A stretch of 64,000 bases of DNA. Origin: a virus (lineage: Duplodnaviria > Caudoviricetes). The stretch lies in the IMG/VR virus record IMGVR_UViG_3300030433_001358, positions 19,876 through 83,875 of that record; one strand, written 5' to 3'. The first letter of the stretch is position 1; each line of letters begins with the position of its first letter. The notes under the pieces are model-generated. The model had not been told where the DNA came from, did no database searches, and worked only from the letters and a program-made list of their open reading frames with translations. Positions 10,130-19,442 of the stretch are shown one piece after another. A program made the translations under genes and the position numbers.

Positions 10130-10516
10130 ATGGATATCAAATTAGATTTAAACCCCATCTCTCCTAGCTATGGGGATGCTGTATTTAAGAATGGTCCGCT
10201 GACAAAAGAAGATGTTACCCAACCTTTTACAGAGAATGTAGGGCAGAGGTTAAGACTTAGATTGCTAACCTTTGAAGGAGAATACTTCCTTGATACAACC
10301 TACGGAGTGCCTTGGTGGCAACGCATTCTCGGACGTAAACCAACTAAGTCAGCAGTAGATCAGATTCTACAACAAGAGATTCTAGATGAACGTGGTGTAA
10401 AGGAGATTACATTCTTCTCCTCCACGTTTGCTAACAGACAATATTCAGCTTCATTCCGCGTTAAGTGTGTGAATGGAGAGGAAACACAAACAATCAATAT
10501 CAATCCTGTAAACTAA
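10130..10516 (+). CDS. Baseplate wedge protein (gp25/DUF2634-like)
   Basis: 'QRLRLRLLTFEGEYFLDTTYGVPW'. Confidence 0.75.
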   Translation: MDIKLDLNPISPSYGDAVFKNGPLTKEDVTQPFTENVGQRLRLRLLTFEGEYFLDTTYGVPWWQRILGRKPTKSAVDQILQQEILDERGVKEITFFSSTFANRQYSASFRVKCVNGEETQTININPVN

Positions 10517-10524
10517 GGTAGATT

Positions 10525-11988
10525 ATGGCAGATTACGGACTTACAGATCAAGGCTTTAACCTACCACGGCTTGAAGACCTCCTCACAGCTCAAAGACAAA
10601 GAGCTGTCACTATTTTCCAAGACCTTTTAAGCCCCGGTGATGTAGTAGATACTTCCCCATCTTCTCTACTAGGGCGATTGATTGCAATTGATGCAGCAGG
10701 GGATGCTGACCTGTGGGAAGTAGCTCAACTCCTCTATTCAGCTTTTGATCCTAATAGTGCCACTGGTGTAGCTCTAGATAACCTAGTACAATATGCTGGT
10801 ATTGAAAGGGAAGGGGATTCCTATTCCACGGTATCAGGGTTATTTGCAGGTAGCACAGGTACACTGATTAGCTCCGGTAGTGTTGTCTCTGACGTTAATA
10901 CAAATAATCAGTTTGAAGTGGTGTCTAGTGTTGCTTTATCTCCAACAGCCTGTGCTGGTGTTACTCTCACTATTCAATCTGTTGCAAACAACACTAACTA
11001 TTCTCTGACATACACAACCTCTGGTGGTAGTTCTGTAATTACATACACCTCAGATGCTGATGCTACAAGCTCAGAGATTCTAAATGGTTTACAATCTCTA
11101 ATTGCATCCAGTCATCCGCTACTGATTGCTTCTGTTGTTGGTAGTACATTGGTTGTCAATAGGGCTGATGTATTCCAAACAAGTACATTCTCTGTTACCA
11201 ACAACCTAGCTATTAGCAAAGTACGGAAAGTAGGTGATCTACAAGCAGTTGAGGCAGGTGCTATTGAACAAGAAGCTAATACTATCAGCACTATTGTAAC
11301 TCCTGTTCTCGGTTGGGATAGTATCACAAACCCTTTAGCAGCTTCTCCCGGTAGACTTAGAGAGACAGATGAAGAACTGCGTCTACGTTTCCGCAGCACT
11401 AAGCTGGATCGTAGTAGTAACATTCTAGATAGTCTCTATTCAGCTCTCCTGAACGTAGAAGGTGTAGAGGAAGTAGCAATCTATGAGAATGATACAAACG
11501 TCACAGACAGCAATGGTGTTCTTGCTCATAGCTTCCTTCCTGTAGTGCTAGGCGGCAGTAGTCAACAGATTGCAGAAGCTATTTGGTTGAACAAACCTGC
11601 TGGTATTCTCAGTCAAGGTAATACAACTATTTCTATCCTAAATAGTCAAGGGTTTGCACATAATATCTCTTTTGATCGTCCTATCCCCGTCACTATCTAT
11701 GTTGAAGTGAACATCTCCATTGATCCTGAATCAGATGTATCCTTCCTCGGTGATGGTGCAGATCAAATTAAAGCTGCCATTATTGACTATGCAGGTAACA
11801 ACTTTGGTGTTGGTAAGGATGTTATCTATAGCCGTTTGTTCACACCTATCAATACAGTAGGTGGTCACCAAGTAGATAGCTTGTATATCGGTACTTCCCC
11901 TTCCCCTGTTGGTACTAGCAATTTGGTTATTGACTTCAATGAACTTTCTAGCTTTGAGACAGCGAATATCGTTGTTAATGTAGCATAA
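10525..11988 (+). CDS. Baseplate J-like wedge protein
   Basis: 487 aa; 'ATGVALDNL', 'GRLRETDEELRLR', 'IAEAIW..KPAGI'. Confidence 0.9.
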   Translation: MADYGLTDQGFNLPRLEDLLTAQRQRAVTIFQDLLSPGDVVDTSPSSLLGRLIAIDAAGDADLWEVAQLLYSAFDPNSATGVALDNLVQYAGIEREGDSYSTVSGLFAGSTGTLISSGSVVSDVNTNNQFEVVSSVALSPTACAGVTLTIQSVANNTNYSLTYTTSGGSSVITYTSDADATSSEILNGLQSLIASSHPLLIASVVGSTLVVNRADVFQTSTFSVTNNLAISKVRKVGDLQAVEAGAIEQEANTISTIVTPVLGWDSITNPLAASPGRLRETDEELRLRFRSTKLDRSSNILDSLYSALLNVEGVEEVAIYENDTNVTDSNGVLAHSFLPVVLGGSSQQIAEAIWLNKPAGILSQGNTTISILNSQGFAHNISFDRPIPVTIYVEVNISIDPESDVSFLGDGADQIKAAIIDYAGNNFGVGKDVIYSRLFTPINTVGGHQVDSLYIGTSPSPVGTSNLVIDFNELSSFETANIVVNVA

Positions 11989-11997
11989 GGAGATACA

Positions 11998-12789
11998 ATG
12001 GCTATCGTACCTTACGAAAGTATAGACTACTTAACAGAAGCTAGAGGAAGGGTTACAGAACAGCTTAAAGAGAAGGATGTTTTTGATAGGTACATTCAAC
12101 TCCTGATTGCTGAACAGACAGAGATTCAAAACACGTTCAAAGACCTTCTTCAAAAGAGAAGTATTGATGAGGCTGCTGGTGCTCAACTAGACATCATCGG
12201 AAGAATCGTAGGGCAATCAAGAGAACTAATCTCTGTAGACAACTTTGACTTCTTTGGTTTTGCTGGAGCACCTAAAGCTGGTTCTTTTGGTACTGTTGGT
12301 AATCCTCAGATTGGTAGTAAGTTTTGGAGTATTGGAACACCTTTAGCTGGTAACGTCCTTCTTGATGATGAAACATACCGGCTGTTCATTAAGGCTAAGA
12401 TTCTAAAGAACCAAACAGCATCTACCCCTGAAGAAGTGTTGGCATTTGTCAACTTCTTGTTTGGAACAGAACAATCTGCAATCTTTGAAGGACAAGCTGA
12501 ATACACCATCATGTTTGGTAGGGTGTTGAGCTTGTTTGAACAAAACCTACTGAATTACATCACCAACTCTCCCGGCTATCCATCACGACTAATCCCTAAA
12601 ACAGTGGGTGTAAGGATTAACTTTGGTTACTTCTTGGCTGGACAATACTTCGGATTCCAAGGTGTTCCGGGTGCTCTTGGGTTTGGTGATCTAAGCGGCA
12701 CCTATGGATATGGTCTTGGTTACGGTATTGGTTATGGTGCATCTGACTTTTCATTGGAAGGTGGCGGGTACTTCGCATCTCTTTTTTAA
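11998..12789 (+). CDS. Baseplate protein (DUF2612-like)
   Basis: 'AGAQLDIIGRIVGQSR...FFGF...LDDETYRLFIKAKI' plus FGF/GYG repeats. Confidence 0.75.
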   Translation: MAIVPYESIDYLTEARGRVTEQLKEKDVFDRYIQLLIAEQTEIQNTFKDLLQKRSIDEAAGAQLDIIGRIVGQSRELISVDNFDFFGFAGAPKAGSFGTVGNPQIGSKFWSIGTPLAGNVLLDDETYRLFIKAKILKNQTASTPEEVLAFVNFLFGTEQSAIFEGQAEYTIMFGRVLSLFEQNLLNYITNSPGYPSRLIPKTVGVRINFGYFLAGQYFGFQGVPGALGFGDLSGTYGYGLGYGIGYGASDFSLEGGGYFASLF

Positions 12790-12815
12790 TTTTTAAATAT
12801 ATCTGAGGAAACAAA

Positions 12816-13682
12816 ATGGCACAGATTTTAAAGCCTTCCGATCTTAGTTTGATTTGGGCTTCTGCTGGGGATTCTCTCGACCCCGGCCCTACTAAATATG
12901 CATCTGGCTGGGGAGTTGAGATTCCTCCTCTCCAAACTTTCAACTACCTTGATAGTCGTCAAGACCAAGCTATTGCTCATATCAACCAACACGGTGTTCC
13001 TGTTTGGGATAGTAATACAGAATATCAAGAAGATAAGTCTTATGTACAGGGTGTTACAAACGGCACTATCTATCGTTGTGTACAAACCCACACCAACCAA
13101 GACCCAGAGACTGATGTATCCAACACATACTGGATCATTGCATTCGCTTCTGCTGGTGACTTCTATACCAAGACAGAGGCTAACAATCTCTATCTAGCTA
13201 AAGCGTCTAATGGTAGTGACATTCCTAACGCTGCTACATTCCGTAGTAACATTGATGTATACCAAACCACTCAGGTTTATACTAAAACGGAAGTGGATGC
13301 AAAGACTACTGTAGCTTCCACTGCACAAGCACAGGCAGGTACATCAAACATTACTTTGATGACTCCCCTGCGTACAGAGGAGTGGGGTAATGCTAACGTA
13401 TTAGGTATGGGGCAGACTTGGCAGGATGTTACTGGATCAAGAGTGCTGGGGGTGAATTACACCAACACAACTGGACGAGCTATTTGTGTTGTCGTTGCCT
13501 CAACGACAACCCTGAACCAGACTGCTGTGTCAATTACTGTAGACGGCATTGTGGTCAGCAGTATTTCAGTAGATCAGGATGCTGGTGGTGGATTCTTGTC
13601 ATCATCTGCAATTGTACCAGCGGGTTCTGTTTATTCAGCCACTGTAGCACCGGGACTTAATTATTGGAGGGAGTTGAGATAA
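12816..13682 (+). CDS. Short tail fibre protein
   Basis: Baseplate-attachment N-terminus, 'WDSNTEY...GTIYRCVQTH' CBM5/12-like motif, tip 'GQTWQDVTGSR...NYTNTTGRAI'. Confidence 0.75.
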   Translation: MAQILKPSDLSLIWASAGDSLDPGPTKYASGWGVEIPPLQTFNYLDSRQDQAIAHINQHGVPVWDSNTEYQEDKSYVQGVTNGTIYRCVQTHTNQDPETDVSNTYWIIAFASAGDFYTKTEANNLYLAKASNGSDIPNAATFRSNIDVYQTTQVYTKTEVDAKTTVASTAQAQAGTSNITLMTPLRTEEWGNANVLGMGQTWQDVTGSRVLGVNYTNTTGRAICVVVASTTTLNQTAVSITVDGIVVSSISVDQDAGGGFLSSSAIVPAGSVYSATVAPGLNYWRELR

Positions 13683-14023
13683 TGATATACTATAAAGATA
13701 AAAACAACACTGTTTTTGCATACGAAACAGAAGAAGATCGTAAGAAGTTTGGTTCTCCCACTCTTGTAGAAATGAGCGCAGAGGAAGTAGTACAACATAC
13801 TGCTAAACCTAAAACAGACACCACTGAGATTCAAGAGCGTCTATGGCGTGACTCAGAACTATCACGTGCAGATATTGAACTATACAAAGTACAAGATAGC
13901 GACCCTAAAGCTAAAGGCTCTGTATCTGAATGGCGTGAGTACCGCAAGGCTCTCCGAGCTTATCCTGAATCTGAAGGATTCCCAAACCAAGAAAGTCGCC
14001 CTGTTGCCCCGGATGCAGCGTAA
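13682..14023 (+). CDS. Tail fibre assembly chaperone
   Basis: 'ERLWRDSELSRAD...WREYRKALRAYPE...FP...RPVAP'; start refined to 13682. Confidence 0.7.
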   Translation: MIYYKDKNNTVFAYETEEDRKKFGSPTLVEMSAEEVVQHTAKPKTDTTEIQERLWRDSELSRADIELYKVQDSDPKAKGSVSEWREYRKALRAYPESEGFPNQESRPVAPDAA

Positions 14024-14033
14024 GGAGTAGTAT

Positions 14034-16385
14034 ATGGTACAGCAAATTTCTCCATTCATTGAAGCCAAGTACGGGTGGGGGTATGGGGCTGATAATTGGG
14101 ACCCCGGAATGGATGAGAACCTTCTAAAGTTCTCTTTCATGTTTGATGGTAGGGTGGACGGTGTTGTTGCTTCCCTCCCTGCTGCTATTAATGGGCAATC
14201 TTATTTCCTCACGACAGATAATCGTTTCTATTTTGCTGTAGGAACTACATGGTATTCGTCTCCTTGTCCTCAATACTTCGTATTTAAGATTAAGGGTACA
14301 GGAGACTATTATCAATACGATGGGAGTAACGCCGTACAGATTGACAGTCCTGCACAAGCTGAATCTCGCTTCACTGCTATCGAAGCTACTCTATCCTCTC
14401 TAGGTACTGCTGCTTTCGAAGATGTAGCTGACCTTGCAACACAAGCTGAGTTGGATGTTGTAAGTGCTCAAGCTAACGCTTATACGGATACTTTGAGGGA
14501 TGATCTAGCGGACGACACAAACCCCGCGAAAGGGGCGGCGATTGTGGGGCGTTCGTCCGTAACCGTGTATTCCCTTGCTGAGATGGCGGCACTGCCTACT
14601 AATCGCAAGTTGTCTGCATCTCTTTCGCTTGGCGGTCGCTCTGGTCATTTCTTCTTCAACTCGTCGGACCTTTCCGCAGAGGTCTCAGCTGACACGCTGC
14701 AAGGAATCTACATTGCCACATCATTCGACCCCACTGGCGCGTCCGGGGCGTGGGTTCGACAGTTTGGGCAGTCTGTAAGCGGCATGCCCGAGGTTAGTCC
14801 CGCATGGTGGGGGTCTGATCCTGCGCTCCCAGACAACACGGCAGCATTTCAGGCTGCGCTTGATACTGGCTTAAATGTAAAAGATACCCGAGACGGAGTG
14901 TTTGCCACTGGCGGCTTGTTAATGAGTACCGCCGGCCAGCGTTTTGAAGGTAGTGTCACGCTTAAAAAAATTGCAAATACAAACATCCAGCATATTCGGG
15001 TATTTGCGGATAACTGTTCGGTGCGCGGGCTTACACTTGACGGAACAGAGCCGCAAAGCGGGTCTACTAACGCGAACGACTCCATCAGGATCGGCACGTT
15101 TGAGACTGGCGGCTTTGATGGAGTAGAAATTCGGAATTGCACGGTGATCGGGGGCAAGGGTGGCGGTATTATGGCCTACCGCTCAAGTAACTGCAAAATC
15201 ATGTTCAATACCACCCGCAATACTGGGACAAATGGCATTTTCTTTGGCGGCGGCGGGTCGGACGACAACCAGATCATCGGCAACACGGTTGACGGAACCG
15301 CAGGGCAAAACGGAATTTTTATTACAGCTAGCCCTGACTCCAGCCCTACGGCTGAATTTATCTACGGGAATATTATTTCGGGCAACACCGTGCGCAACTG
15401 TGCGGATACCTGTATTGAATCGGGAATCCACGCCGTAGGCACCCGCATATTCGGCAACGTGACAGAGAACTCACCAAATCCGGGGATTTTGGTCCGCGAC
15501 GGGCTGCGCGTCTCTGTGACTGGGAACGATGTTATATCTGGAGCGTCGTCGCTTTCGACATGGGATGGGATTGCTTTCGTTCGGCAAACTGAGCCGTCAA
15601 CGTGGGCTTATGATTCAAACGTGTCCAGCAATACTATTTTGCGCAATCATGGACGCAACGGTATTTACATTATTGGCTCGGATGTTTCAGTCACAAACAA
15701 TACCATCACTGACAATCTAAGAGTCCCAGCCGCAGACGGATCAGGACTTACCGGATTCGGCATTGCTCTAGGCATAGAAGCTGGCGGGGCAAAAGGAATT
15801 GTTATTCGCGGCAATGACGTTTCCCGAGTAAGCACCGGCATAAATATGAACTTTGCGAACCTAGCGGGCGCAATTCTGACTAACTCAGTGGTGGACAACA
15901 ACACAGTTAGAGAAACGTCTACCGGAATCAGCCTTTTCAGATGCGATATGTCCAGATGCTCTGTGTCTCGAAATAGCATTTTTACTGTGGCGCTAAAGGG
16001 TTTTGCTACGGCGTCCATGATCGGAAACAATACAACCGCATGGATTGACAATATTGTCATGCCGGAAGGTTTTACAGTTGTAGGTGGTATTGGTGATCTG
16101 CCGCCCGTTGACGTGTACCGTGGCGATGACAGAGCTTATGTGGCTAACATCACGCCCGCATCTGTCGCTGCTGGCGCTACGTCTTCTCAAAACTTTACCG
16201 TTACCGGCGTTACGGTGCGAGACACGGTTTCTGCAAACCCGCCGACAGGGCTGGCAGCAGGGCTAATAATCGCCAGCGTCAGAGTTTCTGCCGCAAACAC
16301 TGTGACAATCGGTTTTGTAAACGTCTCCGGTGGCGCAATTGTACCTCCGGCCGGGGAGTGGAAATTTTCGGCGTTAGTTCGATGA
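14034..16385 (+). CDS. Tailspike/depolymerase with right-handed beta-helix (pectate-lyase-like)
   Basis: 783 aa; DUF2793-like N-terminus, 'DNTAAFQAALD' motif, repeated 'IIGNTV/ISGNTV/VSSNTI' rungs, C-terminal beta-sandwich. Confidence 0.85.
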   Translation: MVQQISPFIEAKYGWGYGADNWDPGMDENLLKFSFMFDGRVDGVVASLPAAINGQSYFLTTDNRFYFAVGTTWYSSPCPQYFVFKIKGTGDYYQYDGSNAVQIDSPAQAESRFTAIEATLSSLGTAAFEDVADLATQAELDVVSAQANAYTDTLRDDLADDTNPAKGAAIVGRSSVTVYSLAEMAALPTNRKLSASLSLGGRSGHFFFNSSDLSAEVSADTLQGIYIATSFDPTGASGAWVRQFGQSVSGMPEVSPAWWGSDPALPDNTAAFQAALDTGLNVKDTRDGVFATGGLLMSTAGQRFEGSVTLKKIANTNIQHIRVFADNCSVRGLTLDGTEPQSGSTNANDSIRIGTFETGGFDGVEIRNCTVIGGKGGGIMAYRSSNCKIMFNTTRNTGTNGIFFGGGGSDDNQIIGNTVDGTAGQNGIFITASPDSSPTAEFIYGNIISGNTVRNCADTCIESGIHAVGTRIFGNVTENSPNPGILVRDGLRVSVTGNDVISGASSLSTWDGIAFVRQTEPSTWAYDSNVSSNTILRNHGRNGIYIIGSDVSVTNNTITDNLRVPAADGSGLTGFGIALGIEAGGAKGIVIRGNDVSRVSTGINMNFANLAGAILTNSVVDNNTVRETSTGISLFRCDMSRCSVSRNSIFTVALKGFATASMIGNNTTAWIDNIVMPEGFTVVGGIGDLPPVDVYRGDDRAYVANITPASVAAGATSSQNFTVTGVTVRDTVSANPPTGLAAGLIIASVRVSAANTVTIGFVNVSGGAIVPPAGEWKFSALVR

Positions 16386-16446
16386 GAGCGAGCGGCAATG
16401 CTAAAATGACACCACTAGTCACGGGTGGATGATGAGGCGTTCGCAG

Positions 16447-16585
16447 ATGTCAAAGCAATCTATCAAATCCAAACTAATCGCAGCATTCGCAGCAGCAGGT
16501 ATTAGTGCCTCTGCTGCTTATGTAGCATATGATTTAACATACCCCTCTGAAGGATTAGTACAAGAAGTATACCTTGATCCTGTTA
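16447..16585 (+). pseudogene. Truncated 5' relic of a SAR endolysin
   Basis: MSKQSIKSKLIAAFAAAGISASAAYVAYDLTYPSEGLVQEVYLDPV then runs into the antisense endonuclease stop; contains the catalytic E...D but no T or body. Confidence 0.8.
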
Positions 16586-17293
16586 TTGATTCCATAAACA
16601 CACAGTCTCCCTGCCAACCAACATATCCGTCTGTATGGAGGTAATTACGGTCTCAATGGAATCAATAACCCTTAAGTTTACTTCTGGCTCTTGTATGTAC
16701 CTACTAATAGCAAACCTCAGTGCTCGTATTTTCGCTTCTTGCCAAGCGTGGTGAGCAATCATAGGTTCTGTGAAATACCCAAGAATTTCCCGCTTACCGT
16801 TACCTGTCGTCTTACAATAAGACATGAACTTTCCTGTAGATTCTACTTTGCTTACACCCAAGGGGTACTCACCTCTTATTGCGGAAGAAGTTCCTGTTAT
16901 CTTGTTTAGGTATTGCGGTATAAAACAGCAAGAATTTTCGGAGTATATTTTATCGCCATCCCCTAAAATATCTTTGTCTAGAGACCAATACCTTCCGGGA
17001 GCGTCTTTGCAAAGATATCCGGGTTGGTCTGAGCACCACTCCGCAAAGAAGTCAAAGCTCTTAAAAGCGTTGGTAGCCCCGCATACTGAAGCACTCTTTG
17101 TTTGGTAGTGCCCACCCTGAAGACAGCGTGAGTTAATTTTACTCCAGACACTGAACGCCCTTGTGGAGTAATTGTGCTTCACACCAGATAAGGTATCTGT
17201 AAAGGAGAATGTTTTTATATAAAAACCATCCCTATCCTTGAAGTCTGGTAAATTTACTATAGATACAGTTTTTCGTGTGTCTTTCTTACGCAT
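16583..17293 (-). mobile_element. Free-standing homing endonuclease (HNH-like 'LDKD' family with AP2-like C-terminus)
   Basis: 'WSKINSRC...F..FAEWC...WSLDKDILGDGDKIYSENSCCFIPQYLN...YPLGVS...LG.F...AH.AW'; antisense to lysis genes. Confidence 0.8.
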
Positions 17294-17308
17294 GTAGAGG
17301 TCGCTCCT

Positions 17309-17830
17309 TTGAATTTAAAAAGTAACAAAAATATACACCGCTGGTTAATAGCCGCCGGCTTATCTTCAACAATTGCACTGTCTGGCGGTATTGTTTCATA
17401 CTTTGAAGGAAAAAGCAATACCGCGTACCTTGATCCGGTAAATATCTGGACAATTTGTTATGGTGAGACTAGAGGGGTTAGTGAAGGGGATTTCAAGACG
17501 GATGAAGAATGCCTTCAATCCCTTTCAGAAGAGCTCCAAGTCCATCACCAGCAAATGGTTAGGTATATCAAAATCCCTATCACAGAAAAAGAAGAGGCTG
17601 CATATCTGTCCTTTACCTATAATGTAGGTGACGGTGCTTTTAGACGCTCCACTCTTCTGAGGAAACTTAACGAGGGTGACAGGGTAGGGGCTTGTAATGA
17701 GTTGCTGCGTTGGAATAAAGCTGGTGGTAAGGTACTCAGGGGTCTTACTTTACGTAGAGAAACTGAAAGAACTCTTTGTTTGGAGGGTGTGGCAGAATAT
17801 GAAAAAGCTCGCAAAGAACTGGAAGAATAG
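17309..17830 (+). CDS. SAR endolysin (GH24 lysozyme)
   Basis: Gly/Ala-rich N-terminal TM, E-x8-D-x5-T triad 'EGKSNTAYLDPVNIWT', 'GLTLRRETER'; TTG start with GAGG RBS. Confidence 0.9.
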   Translation: MNLKSNKNIHRWLIAAGLSSTIALSGGIVSYFEGKSNTAYLDPVNIWTICYGETRGVSEGDFKTDEECLQSLSEELQVHHQQMVRYIKIPITEKEEAAYLSFTYNVGDGAFRRSTLLRKLNEGDRVGACNELLRWNKAGGKVLRGLTLRRETERTLCLEGVAEYEKARKELEE

Positions 17831-18044
17831 ACTGCTACGTTCCTATTCCTCCTTGGCTATTATTGCCAACGTTCTTGTTGCTGCTTCTGTCTCTGGTTTA
17901 TCTGTACTAGGGGTAATCAGCAATGTCATTACGATTCCACTTCTGGTTGGTCTTGCTGCTATTTTTGGGGTTCTTGGTTTGCTTGGCAGGGTATTGGATC
18001 AGGGTATTGATGATCTTAAAGGAGAAGATGAGGATGTTCAATAA
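17799..18044 (+). CDS. Putative holin/pinholin
   Basis: 81 aa from ATG 17799, basic N-terminus, two TM segments, acidic tail; overlaps endolysin end. Confidence 0.6.
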   Translation: MKKLAKNWKNRLLRSYSSLAIIANVLVAASVSGLSVLGVISNVITIPLLVGLAAIFGVLGLLGRVLDQGIDDLKGEDEDVQ

Positions 18045-18471
18045 GTATATCCTAATTGCATTTCTCATCTCTCTTTCTGCCAACTTCGGATTAACATACG
18101 CAACATATCAGCTCCATTCTAAAGTGGCTGTTACAGAAGAGAAGTTATCTCTGTGTCAACAGAGCAATAAAGAAAAAGATGAAGAGATTGAAAAGCTAGA
18201 ATTAGCTTGTGCTGTCTCTGAAGATATTATTGCTGAGTATGCAGAGACGAAGAAAGAAGTTGACCAAGAGGAAGAAGACGCTCTTTCCCAACTAGAAGAA
18301 TTGCATTCAGAGCAACTACGTTCAACTGAATCACAATCAGCACCACTCGTTAAACAAGAACCGCAAGTACAGCCAGAGGCAACCAATGAAGACAATACTG
18401 CTTCCCTTGACGATAAGCTGCCTGCTGTTGTTACAAGGATGCTCGACCAGCACTATAGAGTATCGAAATAA
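18034..18471 (+). CDS. i-spanin (Rz-like)
   Basis: N-terminal TM 'YILIAFLISLSANFGLTYA' then coiled coil; start refined to 18034. Confidence 0.75.
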   Translation: MFNKYILIAFLISLSANFGLTYATYQLHSKVAVTEEKLSLCQQSNKEKDEEIEKLELACAVSEDIIAEYAETKKEVDQEEEDALSQLEELHSEQLRSTESQSAPLVKQEPQVQPEATNEDNTASLDDKLPAVVTRMLDQHYRVSK

Positions 18472-18655
18472 ACTTCATTTAATGCCAGATGCTTTACTTG
18501 TTGACCCATGTGAGATTAGTCCTGCTGGAGATACAGTAAGGAGCTTGGCTGAAGGGTATATTAAGAATACGTCTTGTGTAAAACAATATAGACTCCTCCT
18601 TGATAAACAGAGACAATACAAAACAAAAATAATTGAGGTGTATGAAGATGGCTGA
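18386..18655 (+). CDS. o-spanin lipoprotein (Rz1-like), overlapping i-spanin
   Basis: Lipobox 'LLLQGC'; Pro/Cys-containing body; overlaps i-spanin 3' end. Confidence 0.8.
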   Translation: MKTILLPLTISCLLLLQGCSTSTIEYRNKLHLMPDALLVDPCEISPAGDTVRSLAEGYIKNTSCVKQYRLLLDKQRQYKTKIIEVYEDG

Positions 18656-18938
18656 TAGCACAGGTCATAGTGCAAACCAAAGGATCAACAATCTTACGGA
18701 GCGATTAGCCATCGGGCTGTTAGTTCTTATGTTGGGTGGTGTTCAAGCACAGTATTGGGCAGATAAGACAGAATCTAAGGAAGAGATTAAAGAGCTTAAT
18801 GTTAAGGTGTTAGAGCTATATAGAACATCTGTAACCAAACAAGAACTAAAAGAACTTGAAGCTAGGATGACCCAGAATGTCGAGGGGATTCGTAGTGATG
18901 TAAGGAACATGCTCACTCTTTATTTAAAAGATAAATAA
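18648..18938 (+). CDS. Single-TM hypothetical protein in lysis region
   Basis: TM 'LAIGLLVLMLGGV' then coiled coil; start refined. Confidence 0.55.
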   Translation: MADSTGHSANQRINNLTERLAIGLLVLMLGGVQAQYWADKTESKEEIKELNVKVLELYRTSVTKQELKELEARMTQNVEGIRSDVRNMLTLYLKDK

Positions 18939-18962
18939 CAAACGGAAAGAAGGAAGAGTGAT

Positions 18963-19316
18963 GTGTTTTGGAAAACGCTTAACCTTGTCGTAAACTTAAC
19001 TTTCCTTCTGCTTGCTATTACAATTATGACCATGCTGTTGAGGAATGATTCATATAGGACAGACCTATCTAATTATGAAATCTCTCTTGAGCAATTAGGA
19101 CAAGAAATAAACAGAGTAAATAGAAGTAACTTTACATACTTAGAAGATAAGATCAATAGAGTGGCTGCAAGTCAAGACAGCTATCAAGCGAATATCACTA
19201 GACGTATTGAAGTTATTGAGGCGAGACAGAAAGCCATACTAGAAAGCCGTAGCAACACAAGAGTTATTAACAATAACACGGCTACAGCTAATGGTGTTCC
19301 GTTGAATGCGGAGTAG
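18963..19316 (+). CDS. Single-TM coiled-coil hypothetical protein
   Basis: N-terminal TM then heptad-like region; last gene of the + late operon. Confidence 0.6.
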   Translation: MFWKTLNLVVNLTFLLLAITIMTMLLRNDSYRTDLSNYEISLEQLGQEINRVNRSNFTYLEDKINRVAASQDSYQANITRRIEVIEARQKAILESRSNTRVINNNTATANGVPLNAE

Positions 19317-19392
19317 AATAAAATAAAGAAGCTGCTAATAAAGCAGACGAATAATAATGGAAATGGTTGTTATATTTCCTCCTCGGATATAG

Positions 19393-19437
19393 AAAAGCCC
19401 CGCCACTTCGTAATTGAGGTGAGCGGGGCTTCTTTTT
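19393..19437. terminator. Bidirectional intrinsic terminator between converging late and replication blocks
   Basis: aaaagccccgc-cacttcgtaattgaggtg-agcggggcttcttttt: long stem with A-tract before and T-tract after. Confidence 0.85.
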
Positions 19438-19442
19438 GTCTG

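Noticed and set aside
12700-12745. GYG/FGF glycine-aromatic repeats as a DNA repeat element
   Set aside because: A protein-level low-complexity motif in a baseplate protein, not a regulatory or diversity-generating repeat.
1177-16266. Numerous short antisense or alternate-frame ORFs inside structural genes
   Set aside because: They overlap well-supported genes, lack RBSs and have Ser/Leu-rich shadow composition.
16429-16644. ORF-track 71 aa protein as an intact gene
   Set aside because: Only the first ~46 codons (from ATG 16447) are endolysin-like; the rest is the antisense of the endonuclease 3' end.
16585-17308. Group I intron in the endolysin gene
   Set aside because: The endonuclease is antisense, no P/Q/R/S core was recognised, and the downstream endolysin has its own start, RBS and duplicate N-terminus, so splicing is unnecessary.
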